A DNA stretch of 64,000 nucleotides, taken from positions 32,001-96,000 of the IMG/VR virus record IMGVR_UViG_3300036794_000053; one strand, given 5' to 3'. Made by a program: the position numbers and the translations under genes. The notes below the pieces were generated by a model that saw nothing but the letters and a program-made list of their open reading frames with translations, made no database searches and was not told the DNA's origin. This document shows, piece after piece, positions 46,092 to 56,201 of the stretch (position 1 is the first letter of the stretch; each line of letters begins with the position of its first letter). This stretch comes from a virus (Duplodnaviria; Caudoviricetes).

Positions 46092-47756
46092 ATGCCGTCT
46101 TCATTGACCACCATCACCTACCAGCCCACTTCCTCTCCGCAGCTGGGTAACTGGAGTGTGGTGGGTGCCGCGACCGGATGGCAAGCCGTTTCGTCTGGCA
46201 CGAATCTGGAGTATGTGGAGTTGGCGCCGGGGATTTGCCGGCTACCGTCACAAGTTATCCAGTTCGGCTTCCCCACCCCGTCAATCCCTACCGGCGCCCG
46301 GGTGTATTCGGTGGGTATTCGCCGCACCGTGCAACTCGTTGCACCCACACCACCGGCAGTGAACTGCTTCCACTGGTTCCGCTGCCTCAGCGGTTTGATT
46401 CAGGTCGCTGGGCAGGCGCAGCAGGAGCACACCCAGTTCTTCTCCTCCGCGCTCCCGACGAATCCAGTGCCGGGCGGGTGGATGACGGAAAGCGTGTACA
46501 CCTCCACGACCGCGCCGGATGGCACGGCGTGGGACCTGACCACGAATCTGTCCTCGGGGAACTTCATCTACGAAATGGGCCGCGGCGACACCGCCAGCAC
46601 CACCATCTTTGTGTCCGAGGTGTATCTGGACATCACCTACCAGACACAGTCGACGGTGACGGTGACCGCGCCGACCGGGACGGTGACCACCACCCAACCG
46701 ACGGTGACATGGACGTATGCGTCGGCGAACTCCCAACCTCAGCAGGGCTATCAGGTTGCGGTGTACACGGCTGCGCAAACCGCCGGTATGGGATTCGCCC
46801 CGTTTGTCACGACCCCGATCGATGGAACCAGCGGAGTCGTCCTGGGTGAAGCCCTGCAATGGACGATGAACATTGATTTGACCAACGGCTCGTATGCGGC
46901 GTACGTCCAGTCTGAGGCGCAGTGGGCGGGGCCGGGGAGTTTCTTCTCGGCGACCGGTTCGACCACGTGGACGCGTTCGGTGTCGTCGCCACCGCCGAAT
47001 GCGTCGTTCACCTCGGCGGTATTCGATGCGGAGAACAATCGTGTCGCATTGACTTTCGCCCCGGGTGGGTCGTCGCCGGCCACGGTCGCGTTCACGGTGT
47101 TCGCCAGCCGCGACGGCGGGCAGTCGTACAACCCGATTCCGAGTTTGACGTATGTGCCGGCGCAGGGCATGAGCCCGATCACCGGATACGACTATGTGGC
47201 GCCGCTGAACAGGCTGTCCCAGTATTTCGTGTTGGCTTACAGCGGGTCACCACTGCAGGCCGCCGCGTCAGCATCGGCTGTTTTGTCGGTTACTCCGACT
47301 GGTGACCGAGCGTGGTTGAAGGACCCGTCGAATCCGATTCTCAACACCGTGCTCCCGATCGGCGCTCCGAAGCAAAGCGACGAAGGTATCAAGATCACGA
47401 AGAGGCGCATGCAAGGCGCCTTCCAGTTACTGGGCGGGGTCGGCACACAAGTGCTACCGGTCATTGTGTCCGGGCCAACCTACGGCGACGAATACGAATT
47501 CGAACTCATCTTCGTCGAAGGCGACCCCACCGTGCCAATGACGCTGTGGGCAACGGTCGACGAACTCGACCGCTCCGGCAACACCCTGCTCCTACAACTA
47601 CCTGATGGCACGCAGTTGTGGGTGGTGACCGGACCGGGCGCTACCAGCCAGGACACCGAAGAGCATTACAACGCGGTCGCGGGTGATCCGACGGTCACTT
47701 TGTGGCGCCGCCGAAAACTAACCATGACGGAGACAAATCCGCCGGCGTTCTATTAG
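46092..47756 (+). CDS. Minor tail protein (distal-tail-like, with Ig/FN3-like domains)
   Basis: First gene after the TMPs; PTVTWTY, DYVAPLN, AWLKDP.NP and LLLQLPDG. Confidence 0.7.
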   Translation: MPSSLTTITYQPTSSPQLGNWSVVGAATGWQAVSSGTNLEYVELAPGICRLPSQVIQFGFPTPSIPTGARVYSVGIRRTVQLVAPTPPAVNCFHWFRCLSGLIQVAGQAQQEHTQFFSSALPTNPVPGGWMTESVYTSTTAPDGTAWDLTTNLSSGNFIYEMGRGDTASTTIFVSEVYLDITYQTQSTVTVTAPTGTVTTTQPTVTWTYASANSQPQQGYQVAVYTAAQTAGMGFAPFVTTPIDGTSGVVLGEALQWTMNIDLTNGSYAAYVQSEAQWAGPGSFFSATGSTTWTRSVSSPPPNASFTSAVFDAENNRVALTFAPGGSSPATVAFTVFASRDGGQSYNPIPSLTYVPAQGMSPITGYDYVAPLNRLSQYFVLAYSGSPLQAAASASAVLSVTPTGDRAWLKDPSNPILNTVLPIGAPKQSDEGIKITKRRMQGAFQLLGGVGTQVLPVIVSGPTYGDEYEFELIFVEGDPTVPMTLWATVDELDRSGNTLLLQLPDGTQLWVVTGPGATSQDTEEHYNAVAGDPTVTLWRRRKLTMTETNPPAFY

Positions 47757-47776
47757 CCACATTGACAGAGGGGCAA

Positions 47777-48163
47777 GTGGTGCAGGGATTCTCTGCCGCT
47801 TTCGCGGCCACTGTCCAAAACAGCCACACCGCTGTTGTTGTGATTCAGCTGATTCAGAACGGCAAAGTGGTTGGCACGATCTATCCGCATGCCGGGTCGG
47901 TGAACGCTGACCGTCTCGCCGGCCAGATGAGAACGATCCAGTTCGAGCTGGTTGATACGGACGGCACCCTCACCCCAACCGGCATGGGTTCGTTGCTCGC
48001 GCCATTCGGGACGCGGGTTCAGATTTATCGAGGTGTGCGGATTAAGAATGTTGAAACGTTGAGCGCGGTCTATGGCGGCGCTAATTCATGGCTGCCACAA
48101 ACGACCGGGGACATGAACGGCGTAGTGATAGGCGCGTCCGGCAGTCTCACGTTGGGGGTGTGA
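47777..48163 (+). CDS. Minor tail protein, N-terminal half of a DUF5047-like hub protein
   Basis: SAAFAATVQNSH...GSVNADR...RT...LLAPFGTRVQIYRGV. Confidence 0.6.
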   Translation: MVQGFSAAFAATVQNSHTAVVVIQLIQNGKVVGTIYPHAGSVNADRLAGQMRTIQFELVDTDGTLTPTGMGSLLAPFGTRVQIYRGVRIKNVETLSAVYGGANSWLPQTTGDMNGVVIGASGSLTLGV

Positions 48164-48628
48164 ATGACCGCGTATGAGGCGACTACGGGTTCAGCTCTAT
48201 CGGGCACTATAGGGCTGTCGGTAACCGCTGCCACATATGAGGCGAGAATCGCGCAAATCGTATTCAGCGGCGGCTTCACCGACACCGTGGGCGGCACATC
48301 TTCAGTTTTCCTTGCGAACGTTTACAGTGGTTCCACAGTTTCCGGCGGATCGGCGGGGCCTGGTTTTGCGCTTCGTCAAGGTGCGCCGACAGGTGCAGCA
48401 ACAGTGCGCGTGAGTCCTACTGTCTCAGCTTTTGGCACCCAGCTCGATGCTAATGCAGGTCTCGGCGGTGGGTTTAGTTACACGCACCAATCGCCATACG
48501 ACTTCATCATTTCGCCAGGCACTACCGTCGTCGCTGAGATGTCTTCTTCAGGTAGCGGCAGCGGCACCTTTACAGAGCTCTGCATCACTATCTATTACGA
48601 AGAGTTGCGGCTTTCTTGGCCTTACTAG
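48164..48628 (+). CDS. Beta-rich virion protein
   Basis: Ser/Gly/Thr-rich; visibly more AT-rich DNA. Confidence 0.6.
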   Translation: MTAYEATTGSALSGTIGLSVTAATYEARIAQIVFSGGFTDTVGGTSSVFLANVYSGSTVSGGSAGPGFALRQGAPTGAATVRVSPTVSAFGTQLDANAGLGGGFSYTHQSPYDFIISPGTTVVAEMSSSGSGSGTFTELCITIYYEELRLSWPY

Positions 48629-48653
48629 CCATTCGGCTAATTGGAGTTTGCTA

Positions 48654-49097
48654 ATGGCTAACTTTGTGTTCGAATACGCGTATGGCCGGTGGATCGATAA
48701 ATACAGTTTGCCGCTCGGTGGGGACAACATTCTCATCGTCCTTGTTCAATCAAGCGGCTTGCCGTCTGATGGGACGCTCGCCGGTTATCAATACCTCTCT
48801 CAGGTGTGGAGCGGCGGTGGCGTAGAAGCCGCTTTTACGAATTATTCAAGACAGTCAGTCACTACCGGAATCACGATCACTGTCGGCGCAACGACCACAG
48901 TGGGCATCGCCAACCAAGTGTGGAGCGCAGCTGGTGGCGCGACGAATAACACTTTAGGTGCGTTGCTCACTTGTTACAAGCCGACGTCGATCAGCACCGA
49001 TTCAAGCATCCTGTTGTTGACCAAGCATGATTTCGTGGCCACCACAACCGGCGGCAACTTGACTGCGGTTATCTCGGCTATCGGCACGGTGACCTAG
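48654..49097 (+). CDS. Minor tail / baseplate protein
   Basis: MANFVF, EAAFTNYSRQ and WSAAGGATNNT motifs; GGAG RBS. Confidence 0.65.
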   Translation: MANFVFEYAYGRWIDKYSLPLGGDNILIVLVQSSGLPSDGTLAGYQYLSQVWSGGGVEAAFTNYSRQSVTTGITITVGATTTVGIANQVWSAAGGATNNTLGALLTCYKPTSISTDSSILLLTKHDFVATTTGGNLTAVISAIGTVT

Positions 49098-49883
49098 GTG
49101 CCGGCCACTTTGCAGTTCTTCGACATGAGCGTCTCGGTCACCCCGCCGACTGGCCATATGGAGCCGCTGCCGATCGTGTTGGGCCCGAACTGGGAACCCA
49201 ACGACTACCGGCTCCTTTTCTTCTCCGGGTCTGGCCAAGAGCAGCAGTCGGCTGGCGTGACCGCGACCGAGATGAAGATGCACTCCGACCCGCCTACTAC
49301 ATTCACCACCGCTTATGCACTGAATGTAGGCAAGGAAACCCACGGTGTCTACTACCGGCAACTACAGTCCGGTGATCTGGACCAGTTTGTGACGTGGGCG
49401 AAGCCGTCAAACTGGCGTCACTTCATGGTCGGGTTCCTGACTGTTCGTGGCGTGAATCCTGGGAGCACCATCACGGCAGGGTCATTGTCGGGTTGGCGTG
49501 GTGGCGCCAATGGAATCCAGTACACCGTCGCTGACGCGACAAACTCTGCGACGGTGACCTCGGTAACTGTTCCGAGTGCGGGCACGATGATTTTCTGTGT
49601 AGGTAATGTCTCGGCCCCTACGCAAATCAACTGGCCGAGCTGGCCAGTGGCGATGGGTGTTCCGTCGGGGTGGACGGCATTGGTGGCCACGGCGAACTCC
49701 GGTGACACGTTTTACGAGTACGACACGAATCCGTGTGTGGACATTGTGGCCAACTCGTACGGCTCGTCTGGGTCGACGGGAAGCGTCGTGTTCCCCGCTG
49801 GTCAAGGCAGCCCAGCTTTCGCTGGCTTGTATTGCTTTGTCACTCCGGCACCTGATGTGTCGGTGAATGTGGGGGCGGCGTAA
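49098..49883 (+). CDS. Beta-rich minor tail protein
   Basis: Coupled ORF with PSGWT motif. Confidence 0.6.
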   Translation: MPATLQFFDMSVSVTPPTGHMEPLPIVLGPNWEPNDYRLLFFSGSGQEQQSAGVTATEMKMHSDPPTTFTTAYALNVGKETHGVYYRQLQSGDLDQFVTWAKPSNWRHFMVGFLTVRGVNPGSTITAGSLSGWRGGANGIQYTVADATNSATVTSVTVPSAGTMIFCVGNVSAPTQINWPSWPVAMGVPSGWTALVATANSGDTFYEYDTNPCVDIVANSYGSSGSTGSVVFPAGQGSPAFAGLYCFVTPAPDVSVNVGAA

Positions 49884-51505
49884 TGGCTGAGGTCGATACC
49901 GCGTCCGCGATCACCGCCAGTCTGTCCACCGCCGTCACCTATGCGATTGCCCCCGCAGCCGAAATCGATTCGGCGGGGCAAGTGTTCAACCCGCTCGTCG
50001 GATACTGGCTGTCTGATCCGTTGACGCTGCCGGGTAACCCAGTGACCGGTTCTGTTGTGCGCTGGACCGAAACCACTCCAGTCAATACAACGGTCACAGT
50101 CGAGACCAGCATCAACAACGGGGCCAGCTGGGACCTTGCGGTTAACGACCAGCCCGTTCCGCGGCTGCTGCAGGGCGATACCACTACTCAATCGGTGCAG
50201 GCGAGAGTAACGCTGACTCGGGCCGCAGCGCCGACGCTCTACCCGAGCTCGTCGCTCTACCCAAGTCCGTCGCTTTACCCGACCGGTTCGCCGCCGTCGG
50301 TGAGCTATTTCGAAATGGACGTGTCGGTCGACGCCAGCGTGGACGAGCTGGTGCCGATTGGTATGGGCATGATTGATGACGTCACCACTCACGCTACGAG
50401 TGGCACGATGGGTTCGGGTTCGAGCACCAACGTTTCCACGAGTACTTCGGTGGTGAGTCAGGGTGGCGGCCAGTTCGGCGGTGGTATCGCTATCAAGGTG
50501 CACGCCCAGGATTTGAGCTATGCGATCAAGCGGAACGTGTGGGAGCAGCCTTTCACGGTACCGAGTGGGTTGTTGTACACCGATGCTGTTAAGGCGATGG
50601 TGGTTGATCGGTTGCCGTCGCAGACCGCATTCAACTTGTCGTCCACTACGGCGACTACCCCGTTGCTGTTGTATGGCGCGCAGCAGGGTGGCGACCCGTG
50701 GACGGACGTTCAAGAGCTGGCGGCGGCGATTGGTTTCGAAGCGTTCTTTGACGCTACTGGTGTTTTTGTGTGTCGTCCGGTGCCGGACCCGTCTACGGGT
50801 GATCCGGTGTGGGCTTTTGATGAGACTGTTGTTCCGTTGGTGGCTGAGGCCCAGTTCGCTTTGTCGAGCGAGCAAACCTTCAACGACATTGTTGTGGTTG
50901 GTCAGAGTACGAGTTCGACTAACCCGTTCAGCGCGGAAGCATACGATAACGATCCGAACTCGCCGACATACATCCTCGGGCCGTATGGGCGCGTGTCGGA
51001 ACGAGTCAACTCGTCACTGATCACCAGTCAGTATCAGGCGCAGGCCATGGCCTACGCGGCGTTGTATGCGTCGTTGGGTGCCGCGAACACGGTCACGCTC
51101 ACGGTTGTTCCGATGCCGGCGTTGGAGCCGGGGGACATTATCAAAGTGGTGTGCGGGAATGTGAAAGCGGACGGGACCTACATGATCAACAGCATGGTCA
51201 CACCGCTTTCGCCGGCTGATCCACAGCAGCTGACATGTTTCCGCCAGTCGACTTTCGGCACCACCGGACTGGCCGGCGCATTCTCCGTCACCGACGGTGT
51301 GACCGTATCCGGCTCCTCAACCATCACATCGAATACCGCGAACTTCACCAGCGGCGATATCGGCGCCTCCGTCTACGGCGACGGCATTCCGGTAAACGCC
51401 ACCATCATCTCGGTCACCAACACCACCACCGCGGTCATCAGCGCAAACGCCACCATCAGCGCCACCAACGTCTACATCGTCGTGAGTGTCGGCTCCGGCA
51501 CATAA
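49883..51505 (+). CDS. Minor tail hub protein (DUF5047-like C-terminal half)
   Basis: ELVPIG, QDLS, DPW..VQELA.AIG, FNDIVVVG, DNDPNSPTY..GPYGRV and PALEPGD. Confidence 0.7.
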   Translation: MAEVDTASAITASLSTAVTYAIAPAAEIDSAGQVFNPLVGYWLSDPLTLPGNPVTGSVVRWTETTPVNTTVTVETSINNGASWDLAVNDQPVPRLLQGDTTTQSVQARVTLTRAAAPTLYPSSSLYPSPSLYPTGSPPSVSYFEMDVSVDASVDELVPIGMGMIDDVTTHATSGTMGSGSSTNVSTSTSVVSQGGGQFGGGIAIKVHAQDLSYAIKRNVWEQPFTVPSGLLYTDAVKAMVVDRLPSQTAFNLSSTTATTPLLLYGAQQGGDPWTDVQELAAAIGFEAFFDATGVFVCRPVPDPSTGDPVWAFDETVVPLVAEAQFALSSEQTFNDIVVVGQSTSSTNPFSAEAYDNDPNSPTYILGPYGRVSERVNSSLITSQYQAQAMAYAALYASLGAANTVTLTVVPMPALEPGDIIKVVCGNVKADGTYMINSMVTPLSPADPQQLTCFRQSTFGTTGLAGAFSVTDGVTVSGSSTITSNTANFTSGDIGASVYGDGIPVNATIISVTNTTTAVISANATISATNVYIVVSVGSGT

Positions 51506-51519
51506 GAGAGAGGTGCGAT

Positions 51520-51837
51520 ATGGCGACAGGTTCCGCCGTGGATCGGGCGGCGCGCGCCATCAAACGCGCGAACACAACAAGCCCAGCATGGGTGCAACGC
51601 CGCCAACAAGTATCAATGCACCAAGGCACCCTGACCAGGGTCGACGTGTTCAACGGGGTCGCCGACTTTCAATTCCCGGACCCCGGCGGACTCATCGTTC
51701 CGTCCGTGAACTACGTGCGCCCGTATAGCGACAGTAATCCGCCGTCGGTCGGCGATGTGGTGTGGGGAATGCACAATGGGACCGACTTCATGATCTGGGG
51801 CCAACATGTGTCCCTCAACGGATTCGTGAGTATGTAA
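51520..51837 (+). CDS. Small tail protein (OB-fold spike-like)
   Basis: PSVGDVVW motif. Confidence 0.6.
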   Translation: MATGSAVDRAARAIKRANTTSPAWVQRRQQVSMHQGTLTRVDVFNGVADFQFPDPGGLIVPSVNYVRPYSDSNPPSVGDVVWGMHNGTDFMIWGQHVSLNGFVSM

Positions 51838-52157
51838 TGGATCATCTGTCGTTCGGTTATGTCCCAGCGCCGGGAGTGATGTACCTCAGTCAGTACAGCG
51901 ACTTCGTGACCGAGATCATCTCCAATACTGGTTCGTGGCCGGGTGGTGCCGTCATCGAGTTCCGTTTCCTCCCCAGCAACATGGCGACGTTCACCACCTG
52001 GCCCGGCACGATCACCGGCGCCACCGCCTCGTGGGATGTGTCCGCCGCTGATGTGGCGCAAATACTCGCCGGTGGGGCGGATCAGTACCAGTTGATGTAC
52101 ACCGCGAATTCGATTCCGTTGGAGTGGTCCAAGGGCCAGATCGTGGATGTGTCATGA
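51837..52157 (+). CDS. Small tail-fibre adaptor-like protein
   Basis: SDFV..I...WP.G...WPGTITGATASW. Confidence 0.55.
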   Translation: MDHLSFGYVPAPGVMYLSQYSDFVTEIISNTGSWPGGAVIEFRFLPSNMATFTTWPGTITGATASWDVSAADVAQILAGGADQYQLMYTANSIPLEWSKGQIVDVS

Positions 52158-52504
52158 CCTCACCTTTCGAGTTCCCCAGCAGCGTGACGGTCGCCCCGCC
52201 GGCTGTTCCGCAGCTCGTGATGGCGCCACCGCCGGCACCACAAGCGATCGTGATGCCGATCGTTGGGCCACCAGGTCCGCAAGGACCGCCCGGTGACAAC
52301 TCGACGGCGCTCCAGTATCAGACATCGGTGATTAACCAGGCCGTGGTCACGGTGAATCACAACCTGGACTTCTACCCGGCCGGCATCGTCTGCATGGATA
52401 ACAACGGCACTTTGACCCAGTACGGCGCCGTCTCCTATCCGAGCGTCGGAACTTTGATTCTCACCTTCGGCTTCTTGTTCACCGGCGACATCTTCTTGTC
52501 TTAG
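52154..52504 (+). CDS. Short collagen-containing tail protein
   Basis: GPPGPQGPPG; VNHNL.FYP. Confidence 0.65.
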   Translation: MTSPFEFPSSVTVAPPAVPQLVMAPPPAPQAIVMPIVGPPGPQGPPGDNSTALQYQTSVINQAVVTVNHNLDFYPAGIVCMDNNGTLTQYGAVSYPSVGTLILTFGFLFTGDIFLS

Positions 52505-52516
52505 GAGTGTAGTTCT

Positions 52517-53641
52517 GTGGTTGCAATCCGGTACGCCGCCAACATTGACTTGACCAGCTTTGCGCTCGTGCACGCGATGCTCGACCCAGTGACCAGCGAC
52601 CCGACCGGTTTGGGCACCGGAGATGCGGGCCGTGTCTGGTACCGCAGCGACATCCCTACGTTGAAGACCTGGAACGGCACCGGCGCCATCGATATGTTGG
52701 CCCGCGCCAGCCAGACCGGCACCCAGACCGCTTCGACGATTAGCGACTTCACCGCCGCAGTGAACGCGCTGCGGTGGGAGTCGATGACTGCGCCGAATGC
52801 CGCCGTGAATATGAACTCTCAGCAGTTCAGCTCCCTAGCTGCCGCGTCGGGCTCCGGTCAGGCGGTGGAGTATGCCCAGTTCAACACCGCACTGACCAAC
52901 CTGAAGTCAGGTTTGGATTTCAAGGGCACCGAGGCGACCGTGGTGGCGACCGCGAACGTCAGCCTTTCGGCGCCGGGTGCCACGATCTCCGGGCACACCA
53001 TGGCCGCCAATGACACCGTGTTGTTGACCGCGCAGTCGACCGCGACGCAGAACGGTCTGTACAACTGGGTTGGCGCGAGCTCGGCGTTGACTAGGACGGC
53101 GGACACGAGCACGACCGGTTCGATCTATTCGGGCACTATGGTCGCGGTCGGCGATGCCGGCACCACTGACCCGGGCACTGTGTGGATGCAGACCACAGTC
53201 GGTACCGGCTCGAATGGCGCCATCACTATCGGTACCGACAGCATGACCTGGATTCAGCCGTTCACCGCGACGACCTATAGCGCGGGCAACGGTATCACCA
53301 TTACTGGGTCGACGATCGCCGCATCGTTGGGTACTGGGTTGACCTTCAGCGGCTCGACCATTGTCCCCGACTTTACGGTTGATTCGCAGTACCAGGAGTC
53401 AATCGTCCCGACTGCATCTACTGGCAAGTGGACTATTAGCGGTGCGGTGGGCACGTACAACCATGCGTTGGGGTCCTACGCGCCGGACGTACACATCTAT
53501 GTCTATACGTCGCCAGCATCGGGCTTCACCCAGGGCGATGAGGTCGAAATGTATGTGAATCGTTCTGACGCCAACAATGTCCAGATCACGTTCCCGGCCG
53601 CGCCGGCCTCGAACAACTGGATCATCCGTGTTGCGCGATGA
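52517..53641 (+). CDS. Tail fibre / virion structural protein
   Basis: GLDFK...ATANVSLS...DTVLLTAQSTATQNGLY fibre motif. Confidence 0.7.
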   Translation: MVAIRYAANIDLTSFALVHAMLDPVTSDPTGLGTGDAGRVWYRSDIPTLKTWNGTGAIDMLARASQTGTQTASTISDFTAAVNALRWESMTAPNAAVNMNSQQFSSLAAASGSGQAVEYAQFNTALTNLKSGLDFKGTEATVVATANVSLSAPGATISGHTMAANDTVLLTAQSTATQNGLYNWVGASSALTRTADTSTTGSIYSGTMVAVGDAGTTDPGTVWMQTTVGTGSNGAITIGTDSMTWIQPFTATTYSAGNGITITGSTIAASLGTGLTFSGSTIVPDFTVDSQYQESIVPTASTGKWTISGAVGTYNHALGSYAPDVHIYVYTSPASGFTQGDEVEMYVNRSDANNVQITFPAAPASNNWIIRVAR

Positions 53642-54264
53642 CCATCCAGTTCACCTTCACAGCGCCGATCCTGCTGCCGGCCGATCCGACCTTGGCGTTG
53701 CAAGCGTCGACCAAACAATATGCCGACACGAAAGTACCCAGCACCCGGAACGTGAACTCGGGTACCGGGTTGTCTGGTGGTGGTGCTCTCTCGGCGGACT
53801 TAACTCTCGCGGTTAGCTATGGCACCACTTCAGGTACTGCCGCGCAAGGTAACGACACCCGGATCACTGGTGCCGCCCCGGCCGCCTCGCCGAGTTTCAC
53901 CGGAACCTCAACCTTCGGCGGCGCGATGGTGCAAACACCAGTCGCGCTCACCGACGCCAGCACTATCGCGGTGAACGCGGCACTGGGGAACATGTTCCGA
54001 GTCACGCTTGGTGCGAGTCGGATCATGGGTGCGCCGTCGAATGCCACTGACGGTCAGATGATCCTGTTCGCCATTAAACAGCCGTCCTCCGGCGGTCCGT
54101 TCACCATCTCCACTTGGACTACCGGCACCGGCGGTTACGAATTCGGTACCGACGTTACGTCGCCGACGTTGTCCACGACCGCCAGCAAAATCGACTACAT
54201 CGGTTTCATCTACAACAGTTCCGCCAGTCTTTGGCACTGTTTGGCGTGGGCGCGAGGCTACTGA
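53638..54264 (+). CDS. Tail fibre protein
   Basis: GTGLSGGGALSADLTLAV; PTLSTTASKIDYIGFIY. Confidence 0.7.
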   Translation: MTIQFTFTAPILLPADPTLALQASTKQYADTKVPSTRNVNSGTGLSGGGALSADLTLAVSYGTTSGTAAQGNDTRITGAAPAASPSFTGTSTFGGAMVQTPVALTDASTIAVNAALGNMFRVTLGASRIMGAPSNATDGQMILFAIKQPSSGGPFTISTWTTGTGGYEFGTDVTSPTLSTTASKIDYIGFIYNSSASLWHCLAWARGY

Positions 54265-54956
54265 TGGCAGTCGCGTTCGGGGCCGTCGGTTCTATTCCCA
54301 CGTCAGGCACCTTCGGTGCCGGTTCGCTGGCGTGTCCGTATCCGACCGGTATCGTCGCCGGCTCACCGCTGTTGCTGTTCTGCAAGATGGCCGCGGGTAC
54401 TGGCACGTGGACCACGCCGACCGGCTGGACCCTCCAACAAAAAAACAACAACATCCTGTCCGAGCTAGGCGTTGCGCTGTTCACGAAGTCGGCGGTGGGT
54501 AACGAGTCCGGCACCCTGACCGTCGCCAACGGTGGTACTGCCGGCGTCGAGCATATCGCCATGTTGCGCTACACCGGCAACAACACGACCACACCGCTCG
54601 GCGGTTCTGCTCTTGCGGTTAACGCCTCGAATAGCACCACGTCTCCCACGCAGGGAACGGTCTCTCCGGGCGCGAATGACATGGTGGTGCGTTGCTACTG
54701 CTGGGGCCAGGCGACTGGTGCGACTGGTGGCACGCTTACCTTCCCGACGGGAACAGCGTGGACGTCCCGGTTGAACTTTGTCACGGGCAACGGTAGTAGC
54801 ACGAAGAACTGTGGCTGTGTGATCGTGGACAAGATCGCGGGTACGGACACTCAAACTGTCACGGCGAACTCCACGGGCGCATGGGGGGTTATCGACATCG
54901 TTGTTCAAGCGCCGGTTACGACCAGCCCTGCGCAGTTTTTGCCGTTCTTTATGTAG
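54264..54956 (+). CDS. Beta-rich virion protein
   Basis: TPTGWT and FTKSAVGNESG motifs; TGATG coupling. Confidence 0.65.
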   Translation: MAVAFGAVGSIPTSGTFGAGSLACPYPTGIVAGSPLLLFCKMAAGTGTWTTPTGWTLQQKNNNILSELGVALFTKSAVGNESGTLTVANGGTAGVEHIAMLRYTGNNTTTPLGGSALAVNASNSTTSPTQGTVSPGANDMVVRCYCWGQATGATGGTLTFPTGTAWTSRLNFVTGNGSSTKNCGCVIVDKIAGTDTQTVTANSTGAWGVIDIVVQAPVTTSPAQFLPFFM

Positions 54957-54965
54957 GAGAGTCCC

Positions 54966-56141
54966 GTGAGTTATCCATCTGATCCAGTACCGAATTGGCA
55001 GGACTCTCCGTCCGCGGCGACGCCGCTTGATGCCGCGAACCTGAATGAAGACAGCGCCGCGATTGAGCAAATCCAGGCGTTTCTGCCGTCGCTGCAGCTG
55101 TACATTCCGTTCACCGCGGTCCAGACCGCCAGTACTGTCGCCGCAGTAGCGAACCAGTTTGTTTTGGTGAGTACCGCCTCGACCGCGGTGACGGTTAACT
55201 TCCCGGTTGCCCCGGCGAACTTCGCCGTGGTCGGTATCAAGATGGTCGCGCAGGCCAGCACTAATATGGTGACGGCGCAGCTGGGTGGCTCGGACACGTT
55301 CGACGTGACGGGCGGCTCAACGACGGCCACGCTCAAGCTGCTCAATCAGGGCGCGATCTGGCAATACAACTCGTCGACCGCCGTGTGGGTCAAGATTTCC
55401 GACAACCTGCCGCTATCGCAGCTGGACCTGCGGTATGTCGGGTCGGTGGCCGCTGGGGATAGCACGATCACGATGGGCGGCACCGCGACCGCGCCGACGG
55501 TGAAGGTCGCTCAAGCTAACCTGACGATTGCTGAATCGCAGGTCACTAACCTGACCAGCAACTTGAACAGCGCTTTCGGCGCGGGCGGTCAGTGGGCTCC
55601 TAATGTGTTTTCCACGCAGGTGGAGAACATGGAACGCGGCGTCGTGGGCAACAGCAGCCTGATCATGACAGGCACCACCCGCACTTGGTTGATCCTGTTG
55701 GGGTTGTGCCCAGCCAGTACGTACGCGTCATTCAAGCTGTTTCTGTCTCCGGCGGCGTCGGGTACTGCCGGCACGATGACGTGTGCGCTTTTCAGCGGCT
55801 CGTCGCTCACGTCGACCTCGTGGTCGCGTTTGGGGTCGGGGAACGTCACGATGGGGTCGCTCACCACAGCCGGGGTAATCACTACCTCGTTGGCGTTCAC
55901 GTTGGCGTCGCCGGCTTATGTTGCGTTGGAGATGGTGGCCACTACCACGTGGGGTACCACCCAGCCGTCCTTCGCTGGGAGCACCGCGCTCACGTTGACT
56001 GGTGGTTCCGGGTTCATGAATCCGGCTTCTGGTTGTCCGGTGTTTGGCACGGCGAGCGGCACGTCCGCGCCGGGGTCAACCCTGAACCCCACCACTGGTT
56101 TCACTGCTAGTGCTCAGAAGATTTGGTGCGCTCTCGCCTAA
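54966..56141 (+). CDS. Tail fibre / receptor-binding protein candidate
   Basis: WQDSPS.ATPLDAANLN N-terminal anchor; IAESQVTNL. Confidence 0.7.
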   Translation: MSYPSDPVPNWQDSPSAATPLDAANLNEDSAAIEQIQAFLPSLQLYIPFTAVQTASTVAAVANQFVLVSTASTAVTVNFPVAPANFAVVGIKMVAQASTNMVTAQLGGSDTFDVTGGSTTATLKLLNQGAIWQYNSSTAVWVKISDNLPLSQLDLRYVGSVAAGDSTITMGGTATAPTVKVAQANLTIAESQVTNLTSNLNSAFGAGGQWAPNVFSTQVENMERGVVGNSSLIMTGTTRTWLILLGLCPASTYASFKLFLSPAASGTAGTMTCALFSGSSLTSTSWSRLGSGNVTMGSLTTAGVITTSLAFTLASPAYVALEMVATTTWGTTQPSFAGSTALTLTGGSGFMNPASGCPVFGTASGTSAPGSTLNPTTGFTASAQKIWCALA

Positions 56142-56151
56142 GAAACACGCA

Positions 56152-56190
56152 AAACGTCCCGCCGACCGCGAGTAGGGCGGCGGGACGTTG
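56152..56190. terminator. Convergent terminator hairpin
   Basis: aacgtcccgccg...cggcgggacgtt between convergent genes. Confidence 0.7.
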
Positions 56191-56201
56191 CGTGTGTCAG
56201 G

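Noticed and set aside
46092-56141. Diversity-generating retroelement or invertible tail-fibre cassette
   Set aside because: No reverse transcriptase, template/variable repeat pair or flanking inverted repeats were seen.
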